Below are positions 29,150 through 38,145 of a DNA stretch of 64,000 nucleotides, one piece after another (the stretch's first letter is position 1; the number at the start of each line of letters is the position of its first letter). A model generated the notes under the pieces. It was given only the letters and a program-made list of their open reading frames with translations. It did no database searches and was not told the DNA's origin. The position numbers and the translations under genes are program-made. This DNA is from an uncultured Chloroflexia bacterium (GTDB taxonomy: Bacteria; Chloroflexota; Anaerolineae; CG2-30-64-16): the NCBI GenBank assembly GCA_963774265.1, contig CAVZDU010000001.1, positions 448,001-512,000 on the forward strand, in the 5' to 3' direction.

Positions 29150-31423
29150 GTGACCGCTTCCACACTGCGCGGAACGATCGAGCGCATCACTTACCACAAT
29201 GAGGAAAACGGGTACACCGTCGCACAATTGCTGCCTGAGGGGCAGTCCGCTACGGTCGCCGTCGTCGGCAACATGCTGGGCATCAATGTCGGTGAGTCCG
29301 TGGTGCTGACGGGTGTGTGGGTGGCGCACGCGCATTATGGCCGGCAGTTCAAGGCGGAGAGCGTGCAGACCGTTCTCCCTGCGACAGTCGCCGGCATGGA
29401 GCGCTACCTTGGCAGCGGGCTGATCAAGGGCATCGGCCCGGTCACCGCCAAGCGCATCGTGCGGAAGTTCGGAGCCGAAACGCTCACCGTGATCGAGCAA
29501 GAGCCGGCGCGTCTGGTGGAGGTGCTCGGCGTGGGCCGCAAACGCGTCGACCTGATTGTGCGCGCCTGGGCCGAACAGCTAAAAATCAAAGAGGTGATGC
29601 TGTTCCTCCAGAGCCACAATGTGTCGACCGGCCTGGCCGTGCGCATTTTCAAGCGCTACGGCGACGACGCGGTGGACATCGTGCGCACCGACCCGTACCG
29701 CCTGGCACGCGAGGTGTTCGGCATTGGATTTTTGACTGCGGACAAAATCGCCCGCGAACTCGGAATCGCTCATGACGCACCCGAACGAGTCGCTGCGGGA
29801 GTGGCCTACGAGTTGAGTCAGGCCGCCGATGAGGGCAACACTTATCTGCCTGAGAGTGAGCTGACGAAGCGCGCGGCCGCATTGCTCGGTGTGACCGAAG
29901 CGCAGACCTCTGAAGGCATCCGCTCCTTGCTCCAGGACGAACAGGTGTGGGTGGAGGGTGAGACACCTGGCTGGGCCGAGAGCCGCGACCCGCGCACGCG
30001 ACCAACTCCCGTGCTGTCATTGGCCGAGGAGAAGCCGGTCTATCTGCTACCCTTCTATCGCGGCGAGGTAGGTGTGGCGGGACGCCTGCGACGCCTGGCC
30101 GAAGCGCCTGGAGATCGGCTTGCGTCCTTTGCGGCCTTCAATTGGACCGCCGCATTCGCCTTGCTTGCGGCGGAGTCGCCGCATCGCCAATCGCTCACGC
30201 CAAAGCAGATGGAAGCGGTGCAGACAGCGCTGACCCGTCGTGTGGCAGTGCTGACCGGAGGCCCGGGCACAGGGAAGACCACAACCGTCCGCAGCATCAT
30301 CCGGCTGGCCGAGGCCGCAGGAGCACGGCTGGCGCTTGCGTCGCCGACGGGCCGCGCGGCGAAACGCCTGGCAGATGCCACCGGGCGTACGGCCAAAACG
30401 ATCCACCGGTTGCTCGAATTCAAACCGGGTGAAGGGACAACGTTCCAGCGCAACGAAGAGAACCCGCTTGAGGCAGACCTGGTGATCGTCGATGAAGCAT
30501 CGATGTTGGATCTGCTGCTGACGAACCATTTGCTGAAAGCGATCCCGGCGGGCGCCCATCTGCTGTTAGTTGGCGACATAGACCAGCTGCCCAGTGTCGG
30601 CGCAGGGAACGTGTTGCGCGACATCATTGCCGCCATTGAGGCGGATGGCGAGTTGCCTGACACGGCCGTTGTCCGGCTGGATACGATCTTCCGCCAGGCC
30701 GAAGGTAGCTATATTATCACCAACGCACACCGGATCAACCGCGGGGAGATGCCGGTGCTGGACAACAAGCATGCGCAAGATTTCTTCATCTTCAACGAGG
30801 AGGACCCGGAAAGGGCGGCAGAACTCGTGGTCGAGCTGGTGCAAGATCGCATCCTGCGTAAGTTCGGATTCACACCCGATCAGATCCAGGTGCTGAGCCC
30901 AATGCACCGCGGCGCTGTGGGTGTGACCAACCTGAACGCTGCATTGCAGGCCGCGCTGAACCCGCCGAAGGCTGCGCTTGGAGAGCGCCAGGTGGGAGGA
31001 CGAACCTACCGCATCGGCGACCGCGTGATGCAGATCCGAAATAATTACGACAAGGAAGTATTCAACGGCGATATGGGACAGATCACCATGATCAACCTGG
31101 AGGAACAGATGGTCGGCGTGCTCCTGGACGGGCGCGTCGTGCATTACGACTTCTCGGAGTTGGACGAACTGGTCCACGCATACGCGGTGAGTGTGCACAA
31201 ATCCCAGGGCAGCGAGTTTCCCGCGGTGGTGATCCCCCTGTTGCCGACGCACTACATGATGTTGCAGCGGAATCTGCTCTACACCGCAGTAACGCGCGCA
31301 CAGAAGCTGGTGGTCCTGGTGGGCACGCCGCGAGCGGTGGCCATCGCGGTCCACAACGATCGCGCACATCAACGCTACTCGGGGTTGGCGGAGAGGCTCG
31401 GCGCGGTCAAAGAGAAGTATTAA
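29150..31423 (+). CDS. recD2: ATP-dependent RecD2 helicase
   Basis: IERITYHNEENGYTV, GIGPVTA HhH, GIGFLTAD, GGPGTGKTT, VDEASM, GDIDQLPSVG, HKSQGSEF, YTAVTRA. Confidence 0.95.
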   Translation: MTASTLRGTIERITYHNEENGYTVAQLLPEGQSATVAVVGNMLGINVGESVVLTGVWVAHAHYGRQFKAESVQTVLPATVAGMERYLGSGLIKGIGPVTAKRIVRKFGAETLTVIEQEPARLVEVLGVGRKRVDLIVRAWAEQLKIKEVMLFLQSHNVSTGLAVRIFKRYGDDAVDIVRTDPYRLAREVFGIGFLTADKIARELGIAHDAPERVAAGVAYELSQAADEGNTYLPESELTKRAAALLGVTEAQTSEGIRSLLQDEQVWVEGETPGWAESRDPRTRPTPVLSLAEEKPVYLLPFYRGEVGVAGRLRRLAEAPGDRLASFAAFNWTAAFALLAAESPHRQSLTPKQMEAVQTALTRRVAVLTGGPGTGKTTTVRSIIRLAEAAGARLALASPTGRAAKRLADATGRTAKTIHRLLEFKPGEGTTFQRNEENPLEADLVIVDEASMLDLLLTNHLLKAIPAGAHLLLVGDIDQLPSVGAGNVLRDIIAAIEADGELPDTAVVRLDTIFRQAEGSYIITNAHRINRGEMPVLDNKHAQDFFIFNEEDPERAAELVVELVQDRILRKFGFTPDQIQVLSPMHRGAVGVTNLNAALQAALNPPKAALGERQVGGRTYRIGDRVMQIRNNYDKEVFNGDMGQITMINLEEQMVGVLLDGRVVHYDFSELDELVHAYAVSVHKSQGSEFPAVVIPLLPTHYMMLQRNLLYTAVTRAQKLVVLVGTPRAVAIAVHNDRAHQRYSGLAERLGAVKEKY

Positions 31424-31507
31424 CCGCAAAGATCCCTACGCATTCAACCCGGCTTCTCTTGGTGAACCTTTGTGGCTTGGAGTCTTCGTGTTTACGGGAG
31501 GTCACCG

Positions 31508-32107
31508 ATGACGATCATTACTCTTTCCAGGGAGTTTGGGAGCGGCGGCGACGACGTAGCGGCCCTCGTAGCGGAGCAGCTCGGGCTGCGCCGTATCGGG
31601 CGCGAGATCATCAACCGCGCTGCGCAGGCCGCTGGCGCAGGCGAGGCCGCTCTCGCGGAAATCGACGAGTTGGGGCTGTTAGGGGTAAAGCCGTCGCCGG
31701 CCGCGCTCAAGCTTTATCGTGAGAAGGTGCGCACAGTCATCGAAGAACAGGCCCACGAAGGCAACCTACTGCTGGTGGGCCGTGGCGGACAGGTGGTGCT
31801 GGCCAAGCGGAACGACGTCCTGCACGTGCGGATTTTCGCCCCCAGGGAACTACGCTGTGCAGCTGTGCGCGAGCGCTGTGGTGTCCCCCTTGAAGTGGCG
31901 GCAGCCCGGGTGGATGCATCAGATCGCGCGCGGGCGACATTTCACAAGCGCAACTACGGCGTGAGGTGGGACGATCCTGCTCTGTACGACCTGGTGATAA
32001 ACATGGCGTATCTCAGTGTCCCGATGGCGGCGGACATCATTATTGCAGCTGCCAGGGCGCAGGTCTCAGGCAGCCAGGAATTCACTCACGAAGGCTACGA
32101 ATCATGA
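31508..32107 (+). CDS. Cytidylate kinase-like family protein
   Basis: IITLSREFGSGG, LVGRGG, LHVRIFAP, SDRAR, YDLVIN. Confidence 0.88.
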   Translation: MTIITLSREFGSGGDDVAALVAEQLGLRRIGREIINRAAQAAGAGEAALAEIDELGLLGVKPSPAALKLYREKVRTVIEEQAHEGNLLLVGRGGQVVLAKRNDVLHVRIFAPRELRCAAVRERCGVPLEVAAARVDASDRARATFHKRNYGVRWDDPALYDLVINMAYLSVPMAADIIIAAARAQVSGSQEFTHEGYES

Positions 32108-32463
32108 CACTCGAAGTCCCTACGCCTTTCTCTCATCCGGTTGAAGCGGAATTTGCGCATATCCTCGACTTCTATGGCATTCCGTGGGACTACGAGCCCC
32201 GGACATTCGTCCTCGAGCGCCACGGCGATGGCCTCGTGCGGGAGGCTTTCTCGCCAGATTTCTATCTGCCCGACCAGGACTTGTACGTTGAATTGACGAC
32301 GATGCAGCCAAACCAGATCCGGCACAAGAACCGGAAGCTCAAACGGCTGCGCGAGCTGTACCCGGAAATCAACGTCAAGCTTTTCAAGCGAGGCGACATA
32401 CGCAACCTGCTCCTCAAGTTCGGGGTGGCCGATATTCCTGACATGATGGCGAATGAATTATGA
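32104..32463 (+). CDS. Small conserved protein with PD-(D/E)xK-like nuclease motif
   Basis: ATGA overlap with the upstream gene; EAEFAHILDFYGIPWDYEP...FSPDFYLP...YVELTT...KNRK. Confidence 0.6.
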   Translation: MTLEVPTPFSHPVEAEFAHILDFYGIPWDYEPRTFVLERHGDGLVREAFSPDFYLPDQDLYVELTTMQPNQIRHKNRKLKRLRELYPEINVKLFKRGDIRNLLLKFGVADIPDMMANEL

Positions 32464-33026
32464 TAATATCTCCCACTAACGACCTGACGCGCGGCTTGGG
32501 ACGCGTGGTTTATAGCGAAGCCGAGATTCGCCAACGCATCGCAAAGCTCGGGGCACAGATCAGCAGCGACTATACTGGGTTGAATCCGCTCGTTGTAGGC
32601 GTATTAAAAGGCGTGATGTTCTTCATGAGCGACCTGCTGCGAACACTAAGCGTACCCGCTCGGGTCGACTTCATGGCCATCTCGCGCTATCATCCCGGCA
32701 AGGGAGCCAAAGGCCCGGTGCGACTGATCAAAGACCTAGAAGAGCCAGTAGAGGATCAACACGTACTGTTTGTCGAGGATGTGATCGACACGGGGTTAAC
32801 CCTCAGCTACCTGCTACGCAACCTGAGCGCGCGCCATCCCGCCAGCCTGGAAGTCTGTACACTGTTCGATAAGCCGCAGCACCGTCTGGCGAAGGTCCCT
32901 GTGAAGTACAAGGGCTTCGACTTGCCGGACAGGTTCGTGGTCGGCTATGGTTTGGACTATAAAGAGGCCTATCGGCACCTCCCTTATGTGGCGGAGCTAA
33001 CTCCGGAAACCTTGGGGATAAAGTAG
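32460..33026 (+). CDS. hpt: Hypoxanthine phosphoribosyltransferase
   Basis: VGVLKG, VEDVIDTGLTL (PRPP loop), LFDKP, FVVGYGLDY. Confidence 0.93.
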   Translation: MIISPTNDLTRGLGRVVYSEAEIRQRIAKLGAQISSDYTGLNPLVVGVLKGVMFFMSDLLRTLSVPARVDFMAISRYHPGKGAKGPVRLIKDLEEPVEDQHVLFVEDVIDTGLTLSYLLRNLSARHPASLEVCTLFDKPQHRLAKVPVKYKGFDLPDRFVVGYGLDYKEAYRHLPYVAELTPETLGIK

Positions 33027-33030
33027 AAAC

Positions 33031-34941
33031 ATGAAACGTTGGTCGATGTTCGCGGTCGCACTCGTCCTGCTCTTTACGCTTTCGGCAGCACCGGCCCTCG
33101 CCCCGGACAGCACCTTGCCGGGCGTGGAGATGTCGAGTGCCGTACAGTTGGCGCCTGAAGGCGAGATCGATCAAACCGGCTACATCAAGGGATTCTACGT
33201 CTCATACCCCGCGATGGGCAATGCAGACTTCCTGGCGCGCACCTATGAGTTACTCCAAGAGACTGAGCTGAACGCGGTTGTGCTGGATTTCAAGGGAGAT
33301 GACGGCTTGTTGACGTTCCCGACACAGGTCCCCCTCGCATTAGAGATCGGAGCAGGACGGAGTCCGATGGTAAGAAACCCGTCGGAATTCCTGGGGCGGT
33401 TCAAAGAGCGCAACGTCTACCTCATCGCGCGAATCGTCACATTCAAAGATAATCAACTCGCCGAGGCCTACCCCGGCTGGGCCATTACTGACAGGACCAC
33501 TGGCGGCATTTGGCACGATCAGAACGGCATGGGGTGGATCGACCCGAATCGAACTGAGGCGCGGGACTACATCGTGGCGTTAGCTTTGGAGGCAGCGGCT
33601 CTGGGTTTTGACGAGATACAATTCGACTACGTCCGGTTCCCCACCGATGGGAATGTGGACAGAGCGAGTTACTCGCGACCGAACACCTACGAGAACCGCG
33701 TGGCAGCGATTACGGGTGTTCTGCAGCAGGCCAGCAACGCTTTACGTCCATTGAACGTCAAGGTCGGCGCGGATGTCTTCGGTTACATACCCTGGTCATC
33801 CGACGATTTGGGCATCGGGCAACATCTGGAGACCATCGCACCGTATATCGACGTGCTTGCTCCGATGGTCTACCCTTCGACTTTCGCTGCCGGCTTACCG
33901 GGGGAAGACCCCAAGTATCGCACTGCCGTCGCATATCCATATGGGATCGTCCGCAAAACCACCGAGCGATCGTTGCGCCGGGCAAAAGAAATAAACCCCC
34001 GGATCGAAATTCGGCCCTGGCTGCAGGATTTCCGAGACTACACATTTGACTATCGCACGTTCACACCCGCCGAAATCAGGCTCCAAATCGACGGAGCGCG
34101 CGATGCCGGCGCTCGGGGCTGGCTCTTGTGGGATTCGGCAGTACGCTACACCAAGAAGGCTCTGGTCTCGGCGCAACCAGCATTCCTTCCCAACCGCTTG
34201 GGCCGGGTGCCGGTGCTCGTCTACGAAGAGGTGGATCCCGCCGTGCTGCGCAGCGATCTCTCATGGCTACTGGAGGAAGGGTTCTATCCGACCACAGTGG
34301 CCGATCTGGCGCAGGGGCACTTGCACGGCGTGCCGGCAGGCAAAAAAGCAGTGGTGCTGACCTTCGACGGCTCACCGATCAGCCAGCTCCGACTGCTGGA
34401 TGGTGGCCAGATTGACCCTGAGTGCGTTGTTGGGGTGTTGTTGAACTTTGCAGCGGCGCACCCGGCGGATTTTCCAGCACGCGGCACGTTTTTTATCCGG
34501 CTGGGCGCGGACGGCGACAATGCAAGCATCTTCGGCACGGCCAACCTGGCCGGTTTCAAGCTGCAAACACTGGCGACCTGGGGGCTGGAGATCGGCCTTC
34601 AGCTTACCATAGATGAGTCGCTGGGAGAGATGAGTGCCGATGACATTCAGCAGCGGCTCGGGCAGGCTAAATCGCAGCTGGGCGTCCTGCTGCCGGGGTA
34701 CGATCCGGTTTCTTTGGCGCTCACCAAGAGCGAGCCGCCGCAGGCACCCGAATTGCTCGCTGCAGGGACGAATGGCGACGTGCAGTATGGATTCACCTCA
34801 GCCGTACTGCCAGATGGCGGCCTCGCCCAATCTCCATTCAGCCCCAAATTCGCCCCCTACCGCATCTCCCGGCTGCCGGCGGGTGCATCGTGGCGACAAG
34901 CCCTCGCATCTTCAGAAATCTTCGTGTCGGCTGGCGAGTAA
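33031..34941 (+). CDS. Secreted putative glycoside hydrolase (DUF4015-like) fused to polysaccharide-deacetylase-like domain
   Basis: Signal peptide; NAVVLDFKGDDG, IARIVTFKD, GFDEIQFDYVRFP, PMVYPS, RPWLQDF; C-terminal VPVLVY...VVLTFDGS. Confidence 0.78.
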   Translation: MKRWSMFAVALVLLFTLSAAPALAPDSTLPGVEMSSAVQLAPEGEIDQTGYIKGFYVSYPAMGNADFLARTYELLQETELNAVVLDFKGDDGLLTFPTQVPLALEIGAGRSPMVRNPSEFLGRFKERNVYLIARIVTFKDNQLAEAYPGWAITDRTTGGIWHDQNGMGWIDPNRTEARDYIVALALEAAALGFDEIQFDYVRFPTDGNVDRASYSRPNTYENRVAAITGVLQQASNALRPLNVKVGADVFGYIPWSSDDLGIGQHLETIAPYIDVLAPMVYPSTFAAGLPGEDPKYRTAVAYPYGIVRKTTERSLRRAKEINPRIEIRPWLQDFRDYTFDYRTFTPAEIRLQIDGARDAGARGWLLWDSAVRYTKKALVSAQPAFLPNRLGRVPVLVYEEVDPAVLRSDLSWLLEEGFYPTTVADLAQGHLHGVPAGKKAVVLTFDGSPISQLRLLDGGQIDPECVVGVLLNFAAAHPADFPARGTFFIRLGADGDNASIFGTANLAGFKLQTLATWGLEIGLQLTIDESLGEMSADDIQQRLGQAKSQLGVLLPGYDPVSLALTKSEPPQAPELLAAGTNGDVQYGFTSAVLPDGGLAQSPFSPKFAPYRISRLPAGASWRQALASSEIFVSAGE

Positions 34942-34945
34942 ACAC

Positions 34946-34977
34946 AAAAAATGGGAGCGCTACTTCTAGCGCTCCCA
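34946..34977 (-). terminator. Intrinsic terminator (11-bp perfect stem)
   Basis: Minus strand TGGGAGCGCTA-GAAG-TAGCGCTCCCA followed by TTTTTT. Confidence 0.85.
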
Positions 34978-35220
34978 CCCTTTAACAGAGGTGCCCCAAG
35001 CAACCTTCTGGCTTATTTCATTCCTGGCTCGCTGTTCACTCGTTTTTTTGTTGCCGTACTCTTGAACTTTTGCGCTTATCAGACGCTATTTCTCATTCGG
35101 CTTACGAGTTTCCAATTACTTGGTTTTCTTCGAGCCTGAACCCGCCATTAGATTTCTCGGGGCTCCCTCACCAACAGATTGACAACTCCCAGTTGATTGT
35201 TTGTTGCTTTTCTATTGGCA
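34946..35220 (-). ncRNA. Putative structured non-coding RNA (~275 nt), family unknown
   Basis: Bounded by a consensus promoter and a strong terminator; the minus-strand ATG ORFs I traced are only ~10 codons or less; several hairpins plus a long-range closing stem. Confidence 0.6.
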
Positions 35221-35225
35221 CTTAT

Positions 35226-35254
35226 AGTATAGCAGGGAAGTAAGGCTCTGTCAA
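35226..35254 (-). promoter_or_regulatory. Near-consensus sigma70 promoter
   Basis: TTGACA (35254-35249), 17 bp spacer, TATACT (35231-35226), with TG extension. Confidence 0.8.
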
Positions 35255-35337
35255 TAGGTATTAAGACAATATGTAGACGCACGCGAAAATATTAAGCTTT
35301 CCTGACAAAACAAAGCGTTTCTCAAAGAACGTGCCGC

Positions 35338-35610
35338 TTTAGTGTTATTCTATATTTAATGTCTATTTGATAATAGTAGTAGTAGGCCCTGGGGATATGT
35401 GGGCAACATGCGTCGTAGCCTGGAGCTACGCGGACAGTTGCGTTACGGCCTAGATGGGCCACTACATGTGGGGTGACCGTATAATTCGTAGGCGTCGAGG
35501 AATTGTGGACGACCGAGGTGCCCAGGAGGCTGCGGCAAGCCTTTCTGATTGCTGGGGATAAGTGCCTGGCTTATCAGGAGCGTTATCCCCTGGCAGCTGT
35601 GGATAGGGTG
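35338..35610. other. Putative chromosomal replication origin (AT-rich DUE, DnaA-trios, DnaA-box cluster)
   Basis: Minus strand TTGCCCACA-TATCCCCA-GGGCC-TACTACTACTATTATC then an AT-rich stretch; further boxes TGTGGACGA 35504, TGGGGATAA 35553, TTATCCCCT 35583, TGTGGATAG 35598. Confidence 0.78.
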
Positions 35611-35731
35611 CATTTTTGGGTATGTGGCAAGGCTCAGTGTATACTCCTTTTCACGATCGCGACGCCGCCCTATGGGGCGGCGTTTTGCCTGTCTGGGGTT
35701 TGAAGTTGAAAGTTTGGAGGCCTAGGATTCA

Positions 35732-36535
35732 TTGAGTACCGTTCGTGTCATGACCTATAACATCCATCGCTGGGCTGGCCGCGACAAACGATTGGATTTG
35801 GAGAGACTGGCAAGTGTTATCGCTGAATCTGGGGCTGATATCGTCGGATTCAATGAGGTCTTGCACCCCGTCACCACTCCCCATCACACATATGCTCCAT
35901 TGGCTGAACTCGCCGAGCGACTCGGCATGTGGTACGCGTTTGGCGCCAGCGGCTGGATCGATTACGGTCCGGGCTGGCAGGGACCGGTCGGTAATGCGCT
36001 GCTCAGCCGGCAGCCGTTGACGGACGTATCAAACACCTTGTTGCCGCAGCTGCCAGGCACCAAGCGAAGGTCGCTGCTTTCTGCCACCCTGGCAAGCGGT
36101 GGTCCGCTGGCCGGGCTGACGGGGTTTGTGACGCATCTCGACCACGCCTTTGAGGGAACGCGGTTGCTTCAGATCCGCGGGGTGTTGCGGCGCATGGAGC
36201 AACGATCTCAAGGGCAGCCTCACGTTCTGATGGGCGATTTTAACACACCCGGGTTCCTGGGCAGTTGGACGCGCCAGCTCATCCCGCCGGTGCTGCAGGC
36301 GATGCACAGCGCGGGGTATCAAGATGCTTTTCGGGCAGTTGGCGAGGGCCACGGTAGGACGTTCCCCTCGCATTCGCCTCTTGTGCGCATCGACTTTCAG
36401 TTTTTCCCGGAGCGCTGGGCGCAAGGCCTGAGGAAAGCAGAGGCGCTCAATTGGGACCAGATCCCGGAGGCGTCGGATCATAGGCCGCTGCTGGTAGAAT
36501 GGCTCTGGCCTGAACGGTCTCCCGCAATGGCGTAA
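35732..36535 (+). CDS. Endonuclease/exonuclease/phosphatase (EEP) family protein
   Basis: VMTYNIH, FNEV, GNALLS, THLD, MGDFN, RIDF, ASDHRP. Confidence 0.9.
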   Translation: MSTVRVMTYNIHRWAGRDKRLDLERLASVIAESGADIVGFNEVLHPVTTPHHTYAPLAELAERLGMWYAFGASGWIDYGPGWQGPVGNALLSRQPLTDVSNTLLPQLPGTKRRSLLSATLASGGPLAGLTGFVTHLDHAFEGTRLLQIRGVLRRMEQRSQGQPHVLMGDFNTPGFLGSWTRQLIPPVLQAMHSAGYQDAFRAVGEGHGRTFPSHSPLVRIDFQFFPERWAQGLRKAEALNWDQIPEASDHRPLLVEWLWPERSPAMA

Positions 36536-36544
36536 CCGAGGTCC

Positions 36545-37354
36545 ATGAAAGTCCTGACTTACAATGTCCATGGCTGGCAGGCGCCCGAAGGCGGGTCAAA
36601 TCTTGATCTCGTGACCGAGGTCATCGCTGCCAGCGCCGCGGACGTGGTCGGGCTAAATGAAGTCTTTCATCCGGCGGGAGCGCCGGATGAATGCCCTCTG
36701 AGGCTTCTTGCAGCGCGACTTGGCATGGCCTACGCGTTCGGCGCAACTCAACCGGCCGACCCACATCCCGATCATCCCCCATACGGAAACGCACTCCTCA
36801 GTCGATGGCCGATTATGGCGCACGCCGCACACCATCTGTCACCCGCAATTAGCTATGGCAAGCGCGGGTTGTTGGAGGCGCGTCTGCTATTGCCCTCAGA
36901 TGATACGCTCACCCTGTATGTGACCCACCTGGATCACCGTTTGGAGGAGGTGCGGGTAGCACAATGGGCATCAGTCAACACGTGGCTGTTGCGGGATCGC
37001 CTCCGGCCGCATCTGCTGCTCGGTGATTTCAACGCGTTGGCGCAGACCGATTATACGACGCCCGATGCTGTGGAAGGGCTGGCAGAGTATCAGGCTCAAC
37101 ACGGTTGGCCCACGCCGGCGTTCGATCTGGTGGACCAGGTGCTCAAGGCGGGGTACATTGACGCGTTCGCGGCTGCCGGCAATCCGCCGATGAGTGGAGC
37201 GACGTATCCTGCGTCTGCGCCCGAGCGACGGATCGACTACATCTTCCTTCCTTCATCGTGTGTAGGCGCACTACGGGCATGCGCCCCCTTCGTTGTGGAT
37301 CTCCGTCCGGCGGCCTCTGACCACTTGGCGGTCTTGGCCGAGCTCAGTATCTGA
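36545..37354 (+). CDS. EEP family protein (paralog)
   Basis: VLTYNVH, LNEV, YGNALLS, THLD, LGDFN, RIDY, ASDH. Confidence 0.9.
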   Translation: MKVLTYNVHGWQAPEGGSNLDLVTEVIAASAADVVGLNEVFHPAGAPDECPLRLLAARLGMAYAFGATQPADPHPDHPPYGNALLSRWPIMAHAAHHLSPAISYGKRGLLEARLLLPSDDTLTLYVTHLDHRLEEVRVAQWASVNTWLLRDRLRPHLLLGDFNALAQTDYTTPDAVEGLAEYQAQHGWPTPAFDLVDQVLKAGYIDAFAAAGNPPMSGATYPASAPERRIDYIFLPSSCVGALRACAPFVVDLRPAASDHLAVLAELSI

Positions 37355-37380
37355 CCGAGCATCGTGAGGAGGAGGTCCGG

Positions 37381-37989
37381 ATGACGGGGTCAGACATGCC
37401 TGATCGCAGCGATGTGGCTTGGTGGGACGGGCGTTATCTCAGCGGCGACACCCCGTGGGACACCGGCATCGTACCCCCGGAAGTTATCACGCTCATTGAG
37501 TCATCCGTCGTGTCGCGAGGATGGGTGCTAGACCTGGGTTGTGGCAGCGGCGTAACGAGCTGCTATCTGGCCGCGCATGGCTTTCGGGTAGTTGGCGTTG
37601 ATCTGGCGCAGGTCGCATTGCGGCGCGGATTAACGAGGGCCTCCACGCGCGGATTGCCTTGCTTCTTTGTCCGGGCAAGCGCTGCGCACCTGAGCCTTGT
37701 GCGCCTCCAGGCTTCCTTGGCGATAGATATCGGATGTTTTCATAATCTTACCCCCTCCGGGCGCACGTCCTATATCCGATCGCTCGCTGAGCATCTTCAG
37801 GCGGGCGCTCACTATCTGCTGTACACCTTCTTCTCATCGGAGGCAACCTCAACTTCTATGATCGGTCCTGCAGATATCGCCGCCTTCGCTCCGCAGTTCA
37901 CGCTGCTAAAGGCTACCCATGGTCAGGATCGCGAACGGCCATCCGCTTGGTTCCTAATGCGTCGTGCTTGTCGTGATGCCACGACGTAA
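37381..37989 (+). CDS. Class I SAM-dependent methyltransferase
   Basis: TPWDTG, VLDLGCGSG, VVGVD, DIGCFH. Confidence 0.88.
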   Translation: MTGSDMPDRSDVAWWDGRYLSGDTPWDTGIVPPEVITLIESSVVSRGWVLDLGCGSGVTSCYLAAHGFRVVGVDLAQVALRRGLTRASTRGLPCFFVRASAAHLSLVRLQASLAIDIGCFHNLTPSGRTSYIRSLAEHLQAGAHYLLYTFFSSEATSTSMIGPADIAAFAPQFTLLKATHGQDRERPSAWFLMRRACRDATT

Positions 37990-38145
37990 CCCTAGACGCA
38001 ACCTAGTGGAGTTCAAGATCCCTCGGCGGTCCGGCTTCATGCGTTGGCAGACTCAGCCTCTTGGAGAACGTTGCCCGGCTTACTTACCCCTCGTCGCCCT
38101 ACTGCTACAATTACTATCGTCCTAAGTCATTCATCGGAGGCATTT

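Noticed and set aside
31424-31495. Degenerate CTTxGTG-type short repeats after recD2
   Set aside because: Single short, weak tract with no second copy seen in the window; cannot support a REP or mobile-element call.
34951-35139. 62-aa hydrophobic plus-strand ORF
   Set aside because: Starts inside the terminator stem without an SD; its Phe/Leu richness just reflects the T-rich antisense of the putative ncRNA.
35503-35703. 66-aa ORF over the DnaA-box cluster
   Set aside because: No protein-like features; better explained as origin DNA.
37990-38145. Possible Moco riboswitch upstream of the molybdoenzyme
   Set aside because: No recognisable Moco-RNA motifs or convincing stems.
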